A stretch of DNA of 64,000 nucleotides from Candidatus Woesearchaeota archaeon (lineage in GTDB: Archaea > Nanobdellota > Nanobdellia > Woesearchaeales > UBA10216): positions 913-64,912 of the forward strand of contig JACPMZ010000010.1 of NCBI GenBank assembly GCA_016185705.1. Reading direction: 5' to 3'. Shown piece by piece: positions 1 through 10,578 of this stretch (its first letter is position 1; each line of letters begins with the position of its first letter). The notes under the pieces were generated by a model that was not told the DNA's origin, searched no databases, and was given only the letters and a program-made list of their open reading frames with translations. The position numbers were made by a program, and so were the translations under genes.

Positions 1-629
1 GCAAGCTGGAATATGTCTTTGACAAGCTTTGCCCCCTCCCCGATGTATTTCTGCACTAATTCTGCTCCGACAATTTCGATGAACGTTGCATTGGTGGCTG
101 TTGCCACTGCTTTTGCAAGCAGTGTTTTTCCGGTTCCTGGCGCTCCATAAAGCAGGATTCCTTTTGGCGGCTCAATGCCTGCTTTCCTGAAAATCTCCGG
201 CTTTTTTAGCGGGAGCTCAACGACTTCGCGAATTTCCTCGATTTGTTTGTCCAGCCCTCCTATTTCCTTCCAGGAAACGTCTGGCTTTGCTACTATGACG
301 AATTTTTCAACGTCAAAATTGTTCTTGCGCTCAACTTTTCCTACGACAACGAGGTTTTTTTGCTCAACCAGAACTGTGTCTCCGGCTTTGACTTTTTCGC
401 AGTCAGCTGATATCTCTACAAAGAACTGGTTGCCATTGGGTATTCTGATGATTGCCTGCGTTCCGTAAACATCTTTTATTTCGCATATCATCAGGGGGGA
501 TTTTTTGTACCTTTCAAGCTCATGCCGAAGCTTGCCCACGTTTTCTTTCAGAATATTGTTTTGTTCCTCAACTATGTTGGAATGAGCTGTGTAGCCGTAA
601 ACCACGTCACCAACTTTTTCAGAGCTCAT
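1..629 (-). CDS. pan: Proteasome-activating nucleotidase (AAA+ ATPase), 3' end outside window
   Basis: Manual translation from ATG 629: MSSEKVGD..., coiled coil and OB region, then GILLYGAPGTGKTLLAKAVA (Walker A) and ELVQKYIGEGAKLV (pore loop); missing from the ORF track because it runs off the window. Confidence 0.92.
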   Translation of the reverse strand, partial: MSSEKVGDVVYGYTAHSNIVEEQNNILKENVGKLRHELERYKKSPLMICEIKDVYGTQAIIRIPNGNQFFVEISADCEKVKAGDTVLVEQKNLVVVGKVERKNNFDVEKFVIVAKPDVSWKEIGGLDKQIEEIREVVELPLKKPEIFRKAGIEPPKGILLYGAPGTGKTLLAKAVATATNATFIEIVGAELVQKYIGEGAKLVKDIFQL

Positions 630-632
630 TTG

Positions 633-1967
633 TTACGCCACCGATTTGGTCAGGTGTACATCTTTAACAAGTACAGGAGGGGTTATTACAGGCAGCTCAA
701 CTTCCCACCCAAACACATGCTCTTGTTCGCTGCCTATGGCCGCAACATTTCTCATTATGCCCAGCAGGTTGTCGCTTATTCTTAATTCCTTTACTGCGCC
801 AGCAATTTTTCCGTTTTCCACGTAAAACATTCCGTCTCTTGGAATTGTTGAAAAATCTCCGGTGTCGTAGTTTTGGAACCGCGTGTACCAGACGTTTGTT
901 ACGATTAACCCCTTTTTCATGTTGGAAATTATTTCTTCTTTATTAAGTTTTCCTTTATCCAAAACAATATTGAAAGCCGCTGGGCTTACAAGGCCTGCGT
1001 TTGCTGTCGTTTTGGTGTTGTGCTTTCTTGCAGTTGAAGTGTTGTGGAGATATGTTTTCAGGACTCCATCTTGTATCAGCGTGTTTTTTTGTGTTGGCAC
1101 GCCTTCTGCATCAAACTTTGTTGAGTTGAAGCCGTTTGCGAGAGTTCCGTTATCGCTTACAGTTACGCTTTCCGCTGCGACCCGCTTTCCAAGCTTTCCT
1201 GCCAGGCATGACAGGTGCGATTCCACGTTGAAGATGGATGCTGCCTCTCCTAATTGCTGAAGCAGGTTTGAGAAGGGCAGCGGCTCAAACAATACGTCGT
1301 ACTTTCCTTCAGCGCCATTCGCAGGATTTGCAGCCAGCTTTGCGGTTTCTGCTGCGCTTTCTGCTGCTTCAGCTGGCTTGAATTTGCTGAGTATTCTTGA
1401 ATTGCAGACTTTGTGTCCTGAAGCGTTTTTGTCAGCAAATGCCCTTATTGAGAAGTATGCCCTTGTTGCTTTGTCTTCTGCTTCCGCGTTGTTTGTTGTC
1501 AGGATATATCTGCTGCTTACGCTTGATTCCAGCACCCCCGCTGCCCGGGCTGCTCCGTTTTCGGCTGCTGCGTTAATCGCCTCTTCTGTCATGTCAACGC
1601 TTCTGTCTGCAAGCTGTACGATTTTTGAATCATATGTTTCAGGAATTTCTTTGTACTTGAACGGTCCGTCTGCTATTCCGCGGTAATCTTCATTTGGTGT
1701 GGATGCATTGGCAAATTTCATTATTCTCTGGATTGCGTCATAGACTGCTTTTTCCGAGAGGTCCCTTATGGTTGTTGACACCAGTCTCTTTTTTACTTCC
1801 ACAAACACCTCTGCCTTTTCAGCCGCCCAGCTCTGCGTGGTTGCTATTTTGCTGTTTGCAAATTTTATTTGGGAGGCGTCCTCGGATACCATGCTGATAA
1901 TGACGTCGCCTGCTCCGGCTTTTACAAATTTGTCCAGCAGGGATTTTGCGATTGTTGCTTTTTCCAT
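633..1967 (-). CDS. TldE/PmbA family metalloprotease subunit
   Basis: FDAEGVPTQKNTLIQDGVLKTYLHN and TGDFS motifs, no HExxGH; follows tldD; ATG 1967 preferred over TTG 1988. Confidence 0.88.
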   Translation of the reverse strand: MEKATIAKSLLDKFVKAGAGDVIISMVSEDASQIKFANSKIATTQSWAAEKAEVFVEVKKRLVSTTIRDLSEKAVYDAIQRIMKFANASTPNEDYRGIADGPFKYKEIPETYDSKIVQLADRSVDMTEEAINAAAENGAARAAGVLESSVSSRYILTTNNAEAEDKATRAYFSIRAFADKNASGHKVCNSRILSKFKPAEAAESAAETAKLAANPANGAEGKYDVLFEPLPFSNLLQQLGEAASIFNVESHLSCLAGKLGKRVAAESVTVSDNGTLANGFNSTKFDAEGVPTQKNTLIQDGVLKTYLHNTSTARKHNTKTTANAGLVSPAAFNIVLDKGKLNKEEIISNMKKGLIVTNVWYTRFQNYDTGDFSTIPRDGMFYVENGKIAGAVKELRISDNLLGIMRNVAAIGSEQEHVFGWEVELPVITPPVLVKDVHLTKSVA

Positions 1968-2013
1968 TTTTAGCCCCTCTTTACCCAAATCCGCTTGGCG
2001 GAATGGAGTTTGC

Positions 2014-3435
2014 TTAGGTTTTGTTCCCGAGTTTTATGTTTCTTATTCTCATGGACGGCCCGCCAAACCACACCGGAATGGCTTGCATGGGCTCTGCTTT
2101 GCCGCACGTTCCTGAATGGTATTCCATGTTGTTTGCAACTGCGTCCACAGCGCTCCACAGTGCAGGAGTGGATATTTCTATTACAGGCGCAAATACCGGC
2201 TCCATTATCTGGCCGTTCTGGATAATGTAAGCTTCCGCTCCTGTGTACTTGGCATTCAGGCGCTTGTCATCTATGTTCCATTCCATAAAATTGTTCATGA
2301 AAATTCCGTACCTGACTCCTTCTATCAGTTCTTCCTGCGTCTGCTCTCCGGGCTGAACGTATGTATTTGCCATTCTCACTATTGCTTCCCTGTCGAATGC
2401 TGTTGCCCTGCTCGCTCCGTTGCTTTTTGTTTTCATGGCAGCTGCAGTGCTTCTGTTGTGGAGAAACTCATTGATTATTCCGTTTTTTATCAGGTGCCTC
2501 GGCCTTGCCTTCACGCCATCGTCATCATACAAATAGTAGCCAAAGCTTTCTTCCAGCGTTGGATCGTCAAATATGTTTACTGCATTGCTTCCTATGCGCG
2601 TATTCAGCATGTCCTGCGCAATGAATGTTTCGCCTGCCTGCGCTGCTTCCCTTCCCAGAACGCGGTCTGCTTCGTATGGGTGGCCTACTGATTCGTGCAC
2701 CATTATGCCTGTAACCTGCGGGCCTACGACAATGTCTATTTTGTCTTTTGGCGGCTTTACGCCTTTGCGGAGCATTTTGTCTGTTGTCAGCACTTCTTTC
2801 TTCAGCAGCTCAGGGAAATTTTTGTCCACTATCTTTTCAAATCCGCCTGCGTCACCGTACTGCCAGTAGCGCTGCGCTGTCTTGCCGTTGTTGTTGATTG
2901 TGATGAAGTGCCACAGGTCCACTCTGGGAATTCTTGATACTATTTTTGCCCCTTCGCTGCTCACAAAGTATTTTTCTGTGTAGAAGTCTGCCATTGAGAA
3001 AAATCTTCCGGGAACGTCTACCTTGGTTGCGGCGATTGCCTTTTCTATTTCAAACAGTATGTTGAGCTTATCGCCTGGACTTAGGTTCTCAAGGCTGATT
3101 TTCTGTTTAACTCCGTAATCTGCCTCGTGCGCTTTCTCTGCGCTCATTTCCGTGCTGTCAGCGATTTTTGATGCCTTTGACGTAACCTTCACCGCCTTCT
3201 CAATCATTCGCTTTATTTTTTCCTTCTCAAGAATGTTTATAGATGCAAAGCCAAAGCATCCTCCGGAGTTAAATCTTATTCCGAGCCCCTGCACGCGGTC
3301 AAACCCTGCCATCTGCGGCACGCCGTTTTTGAGAATGAACTCATTGGTTTTTGTTGTCTCAAGCCGGACATCAGCATACTTGGCGCCGAGTTTCATTGCA
3401 TAGTTAAGCGCAAAATCCGCAAGATCAAAATCCAT
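2014..3435 (-). CDS. tldD: TldD family metalloprotease
   Basis: HESVGHPYEAD zinc motif, YDDDGV, RMANT, C-terminal CGK...GGP. Confidence 0.93.
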   Translation of the reverse strand: MDFDLADFALNYAMKLGAKYADVRLETTKTNEFILKNGVPQMAGFDRVQGLGIRFNSGGCFGFASINILEKEKIKRMIEKAVKVTSKASKIADSTEMSAEKAHEADYGVKQKISLENLSPGDKLNILFEIEKAIAATKVDVPGRFFSMADFYTEKYFVSSEGAKIVSRIPRVDLWHFITINNNGKTAQRYWQYGDAGGFEKIVDKNFPELLKKEVLTTDKMLRKGVKPPKDKIDIVVGPQVTGIMVHESVGHPYEADRVLGREAAQAGETFIAQDMLNTRIGSNAVNIFDDPTLEESFGYYLYDDDGVKARPRHLIKNGIINEFLHNRSTAAAMKTKSNGASRATAFDREAIVRMANTYVQPGEQTQEELIEGVRYGIFMNNFMEWNIDDKRLNAKYTGAEAYIIQNGQIMEPVFAPVIEISTPALWSAVDAVANNMEYHSGTCGKAEPMQAIPVWFGGPSMRIRNIKLGNKT

Positions 3436-3512
3436 GACAGCAAGATAAACTGCAAATTTATAAAGTTTATGCAGTTCTGAGTGCTGCAGAAACTCCTGCT
3501 CTTTTCCTCAGC

Positions 3513-4172
3513 TTATTTTCCGAACCTGAAGAAAGACCGTAACTGGTTTCTTCTTCCAGCGTTTTGTGTTTTAGTTTCCTTCAGAAGCCCGTATAATATC
3601 GCTACCTGCTGGTATAATGAATTCAGCCAGCGTAAGAAGGATTCAAGCGTTGAGATGTATGTTCGCGCCATGTTTTTAGCCTGGTTAAGGCGCAGCTCGT
3701 CATTCACATTGATGGCATTGTCCATTTCATGGGCTAAATCGTAAAGCTCGCCTATTTTTTTCTTTATTTTATATACATGATTTTTTGCCTGCGCTAAAGC
3801 TTCTTGTTCTTTTCCAGACGGTGGCATAACTTTCTTGGCCAAATACTCAGCTATTTTTATTAGTTTTTGCCCATCTGCTAATGAGCCCTGCAGCTCATTC
3901 ATCGCTTGGTGCAGATCGTATTTGGCATACCTGATGTCGCGGGTTGCGCTCATTAATTCTATGTGCGCCCCGGCAAGGCGTCTGTCATTGATTGTTATGC
4001 TGTTGCCGTGCTGGCTTACAGCGCGCGTTAAGAAAAAAATTGCTCCATTATCTCCCATTATGAATTTATATGCTTTTTTAAGGCGGTTGCCTTCATCCCG
4101 CAAAAACTTTTCTTCCTCAGTTACAGCATTTGTTATTTGGTGGCTGCCTATCGAAATTTTTGAATCCAGCAT
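3513..4172 (-). CDS. Hypothetical helical/coiled-coil protein
   Basis: 219-aa ORF filling the gap, same strand as neighbours; no motif recognised. Confidence 0.65.
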   Translation of the reverse strand: MLDSKISIGSHQITNAVTEEEKFLRDEGNRLKKAYKFIMGDNGAIFFLTRAVSQHGNSITINDRRLAGAHIELMSATRDIRYAKYDLHQAMNELQGSLADGQKLIKIAEYLAKKVMPPSGKEQEALAQAKNHVYKIKKKIGELYDLAHEMDNAINVNDELRLNQAKNMARTYISTLESFLRWLNSLYQQVAILYGLLKETKTQNAGRRNQLRSFFRFGK

Positions 4173-4211
4173 TTTACGCCGCTTTTAAGAATTGTGTATA
4201 AAAAACTTTCT

Positions 4212-5288
4212 CTACCTTGTCACTTCAAATCCTTTGACTTCCTCAGCCAGCTTCCTTGCCCTGCCGTTTGCTTTGAAGTGCTGCCTTACTGGCTCCAGAA
4301 GCTCATTGATTGCGCCTGCAACAGCAGTCTTTAAATCAGCAGGGTGCAGCTTGCCGCTGCCATAAATTTTTTCCATTTCGCCATAGTCTGCAATGCTCAG
4401 GTTTCCTCCAAACTTTTCTGGCCTTTTTATTTCCAGCGTTTTCATTTTTTCAAAGACAATGTATTTGCAGTATTCAAGCACCGGGTTTTCCTTGGTTGTT
4501 TTTTCAGGGCAGTAGGCTTTTGAGATTTTCCGGGTTACATCTTCAGCAGAGTCTGTCATGAATATGGCTGTTTCCGGCTTTGATTTTGACATTTTCAGCT
4601 CAATCGCCCTGTCGGTGGCGTCTTTTGTGTCAGTTTTCGGCTCCGACAGTCCCATCAGCATGTGATGGCTTACCACCACTGGTTTCCGGTAGCCGAGTTT
4701 TTCGCCAAGCTCGCGCGCAAGCACATTCACTTTGCGCTGGTCCTGTCCGAGCTGCGCGATGTCCACTTCCAGCTCAAATATGTCTGCTGCCTGCATGCAC
4801 GGATAAAGTATCTGGGATGCCTGCTGAATTTCGGATTCTTTCCTGCCCATTATCTGGCCTGTCCTGATTATGCGCTTGACAGTTGCGTTTCTTGATATCT
4901 GCAGTACTTTCTTCCAGTATTCCTGGCTGCTGACAACCTCTGATGAGCGGACAAACTTCACTTTGTCAACATCCATTCCGGCTGCTTTCCACACTTCAAT
5001 GAGGTAGTCGCCGCATTTCTGTATTTTCTCCAAATCACCGCCAAGCTTGTTGTTTGCCCACGCATGCCAGTCTGCTGCAAACATCTTGAAGGTGCATCCT
5101 GCCTTAATCATCTTGTTGACATTTATAGACCGAAGAATTCCCTGCGCAATGTGAATCTGGCCTGATGGCTCAAAGCCGTCGTAAGCAACAGGATTCTTTT
5201 TTTCCTCAAGCAGTTCCTTAAGCTCAGCTTCGGTGATTATTTCCTCTCCAACTTCCTTGATAAGCTGCAACCGCTCCTGAACGTCCAT
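4212..5288 (-). CDS. tyrS: Tyrosine--tRNA ligase (archaeal type)
   Basis: YDGFEPSGQIHIAQ (HIGH-like), YPCMQAADI, GQDQRK, KMSKS. Confidence 0.96.
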   Translation of the reverse strand: MDVQERLQLIKEVGEEIITEAELKELLEEKKNPVAYDGFEPSGQIHIAQGILRSINVNKMIKAGCTFKMFAADWHAWANNKLGGDLEKIQKCGDYLIEVWKAAGMDVDKVKFVRSSEVVSSQEYWKKVLQISRNATVKRIIRTGQIMGRKESEIQQASQILYPCMQAADIFELEVDIAQLGQDQRKVNVLARELGEKLGYRKPVVVSHHMLMGLSEPKTDTKDATDRAIELKMSKSKPETAIFMTDSAEDVTRKISKAYCPEKTTKENPVLEYCKYIVFEKMKTLEIKRPEKFGGNLSIADYGEMEKIYGSGKLHPADLKTAVAGAINELLEPVRQHFKANGRARKLAEEVKGFEVTR

Positions 5289-5333
5289 GCCAGCAACTCC
5301 TTAAAACGACGATATAAATGTTTTTGTTTTTTT

Positions 5334-5604
5334 GGTGATGTCAAGTTGCGCATCAGCCTTTCTGACATTTCAATTGCTGCCAGCTGCTTCCCTCCCCATA
5401 ATACAGTGCAGTATCCCTGCATGCGCATGCTTTTCTCCCAAGCTTCCTTTTTCCCTCCCTCGCCTTTGCGAAGCCAGGGAAAAAGGAAGGCAAAGATGCT
5501 GCGGAGAGTCTGGTTTTAATTGAGGGAAAAAACAGCGCAGTTGCTCAGTAAGCACGCTGCTGATGCCTGTATGGCAGTCAACCCACTCGCCACTGGACAT
5601 ATGG
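5334..5604. mobile_element. MITE-like element, family A copy 1 (degenerate), central palindrome 5443-5489
   Basis: Left end GGTGATGTCAAGTTGCG; degenerate inverted copy CGCCACTGGACAT at 5588-5600; hairpin CTTCCTTTTTCCCT...AGGGAAAAAGGAAG. Confidence 0.55.
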
Positions 5605-5642
5605 CGGAAAGCTATATAAAGAAGTAAGTTAATTTGCTTTGG

Positions 5643-6452
5643 ATGGCAGGAATTATCAGCGTAACTGACCTTTGCTCCTTTAAGTTTTGCGAGCGTGGGC
5701 TGTACATTAAGAAAGTTCTTGGATTCAGGGAGCCGGTTAAGCCGGTCATGGTGCTGGGCAGCATCAGGCACAAGGTGTATGATGATGCCAACAAGAAAGA
5801 GGAAGAACTCATTTCCCAGATTACATCTGACCTTAAACGCAATGAGGTGCTGCAGATGTTTGCCAACGCTTACAACGGGATTCTTAACAAAAGCATAGTC
5901 AGCTTTTCTCAGCAGCTTAGGGATTTAAACATGGACCTGAACGAAGTTACAGTGAATATGCACGAAGCCGTTGCCTCGCAGGCAGCTTCGCGGGCTGATG
6001 AAATCATCAGTTTTTCTTCCAAAAATAATGTGTTCGGTGAGCAGTTGTGGCAGCAGCTTACTCCAAAGATTATTTCTGAGCTTAAGGTCAGTTCTGAAAA
6101 ATTAAGATTAAAAGGCGTTATTGACCGCATTGAGGACCGCGGCTCTGAGTACGTTCCTGTTGAAATCAAGACCGGCCGTGCGCCAAATGAGGGCGTCTGG
6201 CCTGACCACCGGCTGCAGCTTTCTGCGTATGCGATGCTTCTTAGGGAAGAGCTTAAATTCAACATCAAAGAGTGCCTCGTCAAGTACGTTGCCGCTGACC
6301 AGACGCGGCAGGTTGTCATGAATCCCTTCATGGAGTACGAAGTTACCGAAACTGTTAACAGCGTTTTCCAGCTGCTGGGGCAGAATGAAATTCCTGACGT
6401 GTGCGGCAAGAGCTACTGCATTTGGCTAAGAACCCCTATCATAAACCGCTAA
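5643..6452 (+). CDS. Stand-alone Cas4/Dna2-like PD-(D/E)xK nuclease
   Basis: N-terminal FCER cysteine, G...H, GVIDRIE...PVEIKTG, QLSAYA motif; no cas genes or array nearby. Confidence 0.85.
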   Translation: MAGIISVTDLCSFKFCERGLYIKKVLGFREPVKPVMVLGSIRHKVYDDANKKEEELISQITSDLKRNEVLQMFANAYNGILNKSIVSFSQQLRDLNMDLNEVTVNMHEAVASQAASRADEIISFSSKNNVFGEQLWQQLTPKIISELKVSSEKLRLKGVIDRIEDRGSEYVPVEIKTGRAPNEGVWPDHRLQLSAYAMLLREELKFNIKECLVKYVAADQTRQVVMNPFMEYEVTETVNSVFQLLGQNEIPDVCGKSYCIWLRTPIINR

Positions 6453-6584
6453 AAGTGGCTTGAATGATTCCTGTTTAATTCTTTATTCCGCGTTCGGTTT
6501 TTTTCATGCAGCGCAAGGAAGCCATTGGAAACTTTACAATACAACTTAAAAAGTTTTATATAATGTTAGGTGTTGCCGGTTATC

Positions 6585-7646
6585 ATGCCATTCGACATTG
6601 ATTATTTGCTTGCTTTCCGGCTCTGGAACAATTCAGGCCAGGATTATCTGGCAGCTTTAATCATGGTTGCCGTCGGCATTATGGCTCTGAAGCTGTTCAA
6701 GAGAGTTGTCATGCGCCGGCTTAAGAAGCTGGCTTCCCGCACTTCTGCTGACATTGATGACTTCATTATTGGCATTCTTGACCAGCTCCACTGGCCGCTG
6801 TATTTTCTTATCTCAGTTTACATTGCATCGCAGACACTGGCGCTGCCGCAGTTTGTTAACAAGGTATTTGGCTATGCCTTGGTTATAGGCGTAACCTATT
6901 ATATTGTCCGAGTTCTTGCTGCCCTGCTTGACTACGCCACTTCCAAATTGGTTGCCGTGCGTGAAAGGGAAGATAAGCACGAGGCGCAGGTAATTAGAAC
7001 CCTGTCGCGCATCGTCAAGGGCGTAATATGGGCTGTCGCAATTTTGATGGTTATTTCCAATCTGGGCTACAACGTCACCACGCTCGTAGCCGGCCTCGGC
7101 ATTGGCGGCTTGGCTGTTGCGTTTGCTTTGCAGAAAATTCTTGAGGACATTTTCAGCTCAATCTCTATTTATTTTGACAAGCCGTTCCAGGTTGGCGATT
7201 TCATCATTGTTGGCGAGCATCTTGGCGTTGTCAAGAAGATTGGAATAAAAAGCACCCGCATCCAGGCATTGCAGGGCGAGGAAATAGTCATCTCCAACCG
7301 CGAGCTCACCTCTACCAGAATCCAGAACTTCAAGCAGATGCAGAAGCGCAGGGTTGTTTTTGATTTTGGCGTTACCTACAGCACCTCAAATGCGAAGCTG
7401 CAGAAAGCTGCTCAAATAGTGAAGGATGTTGTTGAAAAAGCAAAGCTCGCTGAGCTTGACCGCGTTCATTTCAAGGAATTTGGCGATTTTAGCTTAAATT
7501 TTGAGGTTGTGTACTATCTGAAGTCAAAGGAGTACAACGACTACATGGACACGCAGCAGGAAATCAATCTGGGCATTAAGGAGCGCTTTGAAAAGGAGAA
7601 GATTGAGTTTGCCTACCCCACCCAGACTGTTTATGTTACAAAATAA
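6585..7646 (+). CDS. MscS family mechanosensitive channel
   Basis: TTLVAGLGIGGLAVAFALQ, DKPFQVGD, IEFAYPTQ motifs. Confidence 0.93.
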   Translation: MPFDIDYLLAFRLWNNSGQDYLAALIMVAVGIMALKLFKRVVMRRLKKLASRTSADIDDFIIGILDQLHWPLYFLISVYIASQTLALPQFVNKVFGYALVIGVTYYIVRVLAALLDYATSKLVAVREREDKHEAQVIRTLSRIVKGVIWAVAILMVISNLGYNVTTLVAGLGIGGLAVAFALQKILEDIFSSISIYFDKPFQVGDFIIVGEHLGVVKKIGIKSTRIQALQGEEIVISNRELTSTRIQNFKQMQKRRVVFDFGVTYSTSNAKLQKAAQIVKDVVEKAKLAELDRVHFKEFGDFSLNFEVVYYLKSKEYNDYMDTQQEINLGIKERFEKEKIEFAYPTQTVYVTK

Positions 7647-7658
7647 GGTGTTTGCAAA

Positions 7659-8219
7659 ATGCTTGCAGATTTATTGTTGCCGCTGGCAGTCATTGCAATT
7701 GCCGAGATTGGGGACAAAACGCAGCTTGCTATGATGTCAATGGCTGCCAGGTACGGGCACACCCTCCAGATATTTTTCGGGGCTATGGTTGCATCTGCGC
7801 TTGTTGACGGTTCTGCGGTCGTCTTTGGAAGCTATGTTGCCAGATTCATCCCGGTAAATGTGCTGCTTGTGGCTTCAGGGCTGATTTTCGTTGCCGTAGG
7901 CGTTTTCACGCTCATCAGGCGGGAGGAGGAAAGCGTAAAAATGAAGGGCAGAAAGTCTGTGTTTCTAATGGCGTTTTCCCTTTTTTTCGTAAGCGAGTTT
8001 GGAGACAAGTCGCAGGTGGCAGCGTTTTTATTTGGAGCAAACTACAATGTTTTTCTTGCCTTTCTCGGAGCTGTTGCAGGCATAGCAATTGTTCTTTCTC
8101 TTATGCTTCTCATCGGGAAGCTCATAAGAAGGCGCCTTAATGAGAAAATCGTTAGGATTGCATCATCGCTTCTTTTCCTCATATTAGGAGTTCTGACCCT
8201 TGCTAAGGCATTGGCATAG
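7659..8219 (+). CDS. TMEM165/GDT1 (UPF0016) Mn/Ca transporter
   Basis: Two E-x-G-D-K-[TS]-Q repeats (EIGDKTQ, EFGDKSQ) in a hydrophobic protein. Confidence 0.92.
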   Translation: MLADLLLPLAVIAIAEIGDKTQLAMMSMAARYGHTLQIFFGAMVASALVDGSAVVFGSYVARFIPVNVLLVASGLIFVAVGVFTLIRREEESVKMKGRKSVFLMAFSLFFVSEFGDKSQVAAFLFGANYNVFLAFLGAVAGIAIVLSLMLLIGKLIRRRLNEKIVRIASSLLFLILGVLTLAKALA

Positions 8220-8287
8220 CTGCTGCTGCCGTGCAATTCGCCATCCCAAAAGACAAACTTATTAAAGTTCAAATGCTGCTTCAGGCC

Positions 8288-9673
8288 ATGGCAAAAACAG
8301 CTTTCATCATTTTCGGCTTTACAGGCGATTTGGCCAAGCGCAAGCTGATTCCTGCCCTGTACAGTCTTATGCTTAAGGGGAAATTGGGCTATGGCATAGT
8401 TGGCGTGGGCAGGCGTAAGCTGTCGGCAGATGATGTAACGAAGGTTCTGGATGAGTCTGCCAGGGACTTTATTGGCGCTGTCAGTCAAAAGGCATGGGCC
8501 GGGTTCAGGAAAAAGATAAGTTATTTTCGGCTTGACTACGGGGAGGAGTCTTCGTACAGGCAGCTGGCTGAGCGCCTGAAACCTTACAGCAATCGCTCTT
8601 TTTATCTTGCCCTGCCTTCCGAAGTATTCGGGCCTGTAACCGGGAAAATGAAGTCTTCGGGTTTGTTGAGGGGCGGCGGCTGGAACCGCGTTATTTTCGA
8701 GAAGCCATTTGGCTTTGATTTGGAGTCTGCGCGCAGTCTGAACAGGGAAATTACAGCTGTCTTTGCGGAAAGGGAAATCTACAGGATAGACCATTACCTT
8801 GCCAAGCAGTTTGTGCAGAATATTCTTTTCTTCAGGTTTGCAAATGCGATGTTTGAGCAGATTTGGAACAATAACTTTATTGACAATGTGCAGATAACTT
8901 TGGCTGAGCGGGATGGTGTCGGGGTCAGGGGCGAGTACTATGATGCCTATGGCGCTGTTCGTGACATGGTTCAGAATCATGCCCTGCAGATTATGAGCTT
9001 GGTTGCCATGGAGTCTCCCAAATCTGCGGCTGACGCTACGCCTGAAAAAGTCAGGGTGTTGAAATGCATTGAGGCGGACAAAGTGGTTATTGGCCAGTAC
9101 GGGAAAGGCGCAATTAATGGAGAAGTGGTCCGCCCCTACATAAGTGAGGCGGATGTTGCTCCGGATTCTGTGACCGAAACATTTGCTGCAGTCAGCTTTG
9201 GCATCCGCAACAGGCGCTGGGAAGGCGTTCCTTTCTATGTCAGGACAGGCAAGCGGCTTGCCTCGGGCTATGCTGAAGTGAATATCCTGATAAAAGACTC
9301 TGTCTGCACGCTTTTCTGTGATGAGCGTAAAATGCACCCTAACGTAATCACCGTAAGGATTCAGCCTGATGAGGGCATTTCCATAAGGTTTAATGTTAAG
9401 TCTCACGGCAGCGTTGCTGCTGTCAATCCTGTGGTAATGGATTTCAGGCATAAGGCTGCCTTTGGCTTCAATGCTCCTGAAGCATATGAGACCCTGCTGG
9501 CTGCTGTCATGGAAGGCGAGCAGTCTTTGTTCACCAGCTGGGACGAGGCAGAGCAGAGCTGGAAAATAGTTGACCCGATACTTCGCAACATAAAAAGCAG
9601 GAAGCCGGTTGTTTACAGGGCAGGCAGCTTCGGCCCAAAGGAAGCGGATAATTTGCCGGGAAAGTGGATTTGA
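8288..9673 (+). CDS. zwf: Glucose-6-phosphate 1-dehydrogenase (bacterial type)
   Basis: [44 protein letters not shown]. Confidence 0.95.
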   Translation: MAKTAFIIFGFTGDLAKRKLIPALYSLMLKGKLGYGIVGVGRRKLSADDVTKVLDESARDFIGAVSQKAWAGFRKKISYFRLDYGEESSYRQLAERLKPYSNRSFYLALPSEVFGPVTGKMKSSGLLRGGGWNRVIFEKPFGFDLESARSLNREITAVFAEREIYRIDHYLAKQFVQNILFFRFANAMFEQIWNNNFIDNVQITLAERDGVGVRGEYYDAYGAVRDMVQNHALQIMSLVAMESPKSAADATPEKVRVLKCIEADKVVIGQYGKGAINGEVVRPYISEADVAPDSVTETFAAVSFGIRNRRWEGVPFYVRTGKRLASGYAEVNILIKDSVCTLFCDERKMHPNVITVRIQPDEGISIRFNVKSHGSVAAVNPVVMDFRHKAAFGFNAPEAYETLLAAVMEGEQSLFTSWDEAEQSWKIVDPILRNIKSRKPVVYRAGSFGPKEADNLPGKWI

Positions 9674-9682
9674 GGTGAAAGA

Positions 9683-10576
9683 ATGAGGCTTGGCTTTATC
9701 GGGCTTGGAAGGATGGGGCATAATGTTGTTCTGAACCTTATGGATAAAGGCCATGGCGTTGTTGCTTACAATCGTTCTCCGGGCAAGGTAAGAGGCGTAG
9801 TTAAGAAGGGTGCGATTGGCGCTTATTCTGTTGCAGAGCTTGTTCAGAAGCTGCAAAAACCAAGGGTGATTATTTTAATGGTTACTGCAGGCAGCCCTGT
9901 TGATGCTGTTCTTCAGCAGCTTTTGCCATTGCTTTCAAAGGGCGATGCCATTATCGAAGCTGGTAATTCGTGGTTTGAAGACTCGGTTAGGCGTTACAGC
10001 TTATGTAAGAAAAAAAGTGTCAATTTCATCGACATGGGCACGTCAGGCGGCTTGGCAGGAGCAAGGCATGGCGCTTCCCTGACTATCGGCGGTGATAAGC
10101 ATGTCTTCAGGAAATACGAAAAATTATTCAGGGATATTGCGGCAAAAGACGGCTATGCTTATGTCGGCAGCTCAGGGGCAGGCCACTTTGTCAAGATGGT
10201 GCACAACGGCATTGAGTATGCTTTGGAGGAGGCATACGCAGAGGGCTTTGAATTGCTTAACAAAAGCAGATACAGACTTAATCTGGAAAAAATTGCCAAG
10301 GTCTGGAGCCGCGGCTCAATCATCAGGTCTTACCTGTCGGAGTTGGCAGAATCTGTTTTCAGGAAAGATGCGAATCTGAAAAAATTCAGGGGCTCTATTG
10401 GAGGAGGAGAGACAGGAGCTTGGACTCTTAAAGTTGCCAACCGGGAAAAAGTGGAGATGCAGACGCTTGCACATGCTCTGAAAATACGCAAACAGTCATT
10501 AAAAAAGCAGACGTTTGCAACCAAATTTGTTTCTGCGCTGCGCGCTGAATTCGGCGGCCATAAGGAGGCAAAGTAA
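9683..10576 (+). CDS. gnd: 6-phosphogluconate dehydrogenase, decarboxylating (short type)
   Basis: GLGRMG Rossmann motif, TSGG, GHFVKMVHNGIEY, C-terminal FGGH. Confidence 0.93.
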   Translation: MRLGFIGLGRMGHNVVLNLMDKGHGVVAYNRSPGKVRGVVKKGAIGAYSVAELVQKLQKPRVIILMVTAGSPVDAVLQQLLPLLSKGDAIIEAGNSWFEDSVRRYSLCKKKSVNFIDMGTSGGLAGARHGASLTIGGDKHVFRKYEKLFRDIAAKDGYAYVGSSGAGHFVKMVHNGIEYALEEAYAEGFELLNKSRYRLNLEKIAKVWSRGSIIRSYLSELAESVFRKDANLKKFRGSIGGGETGAWTLKVANREKVEMQTLAHALKIRKQSLKKQTFATKFVSALRAEFGGHKEAK

Positions 10577-10578
10577 CC

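Noticed and set aside
5370..5771. 133-aa minus-strand ORF between tyrS and the Cas4-like gene
   Set aside because: Runs through the palindromic element and overlaps the nuclease start antisense; no protein-like features.
5300..6570. CRISPR array near the Cas4-like gene
   Set aside because: No regularly spaced direct repeats with unique spacers here or elsewhere in the window.
8042..9856. 604-aa minus-strand ORF
   Set aside because: Antisense shadow of zwf, which has all expected motifs; no recognisable features of its own.
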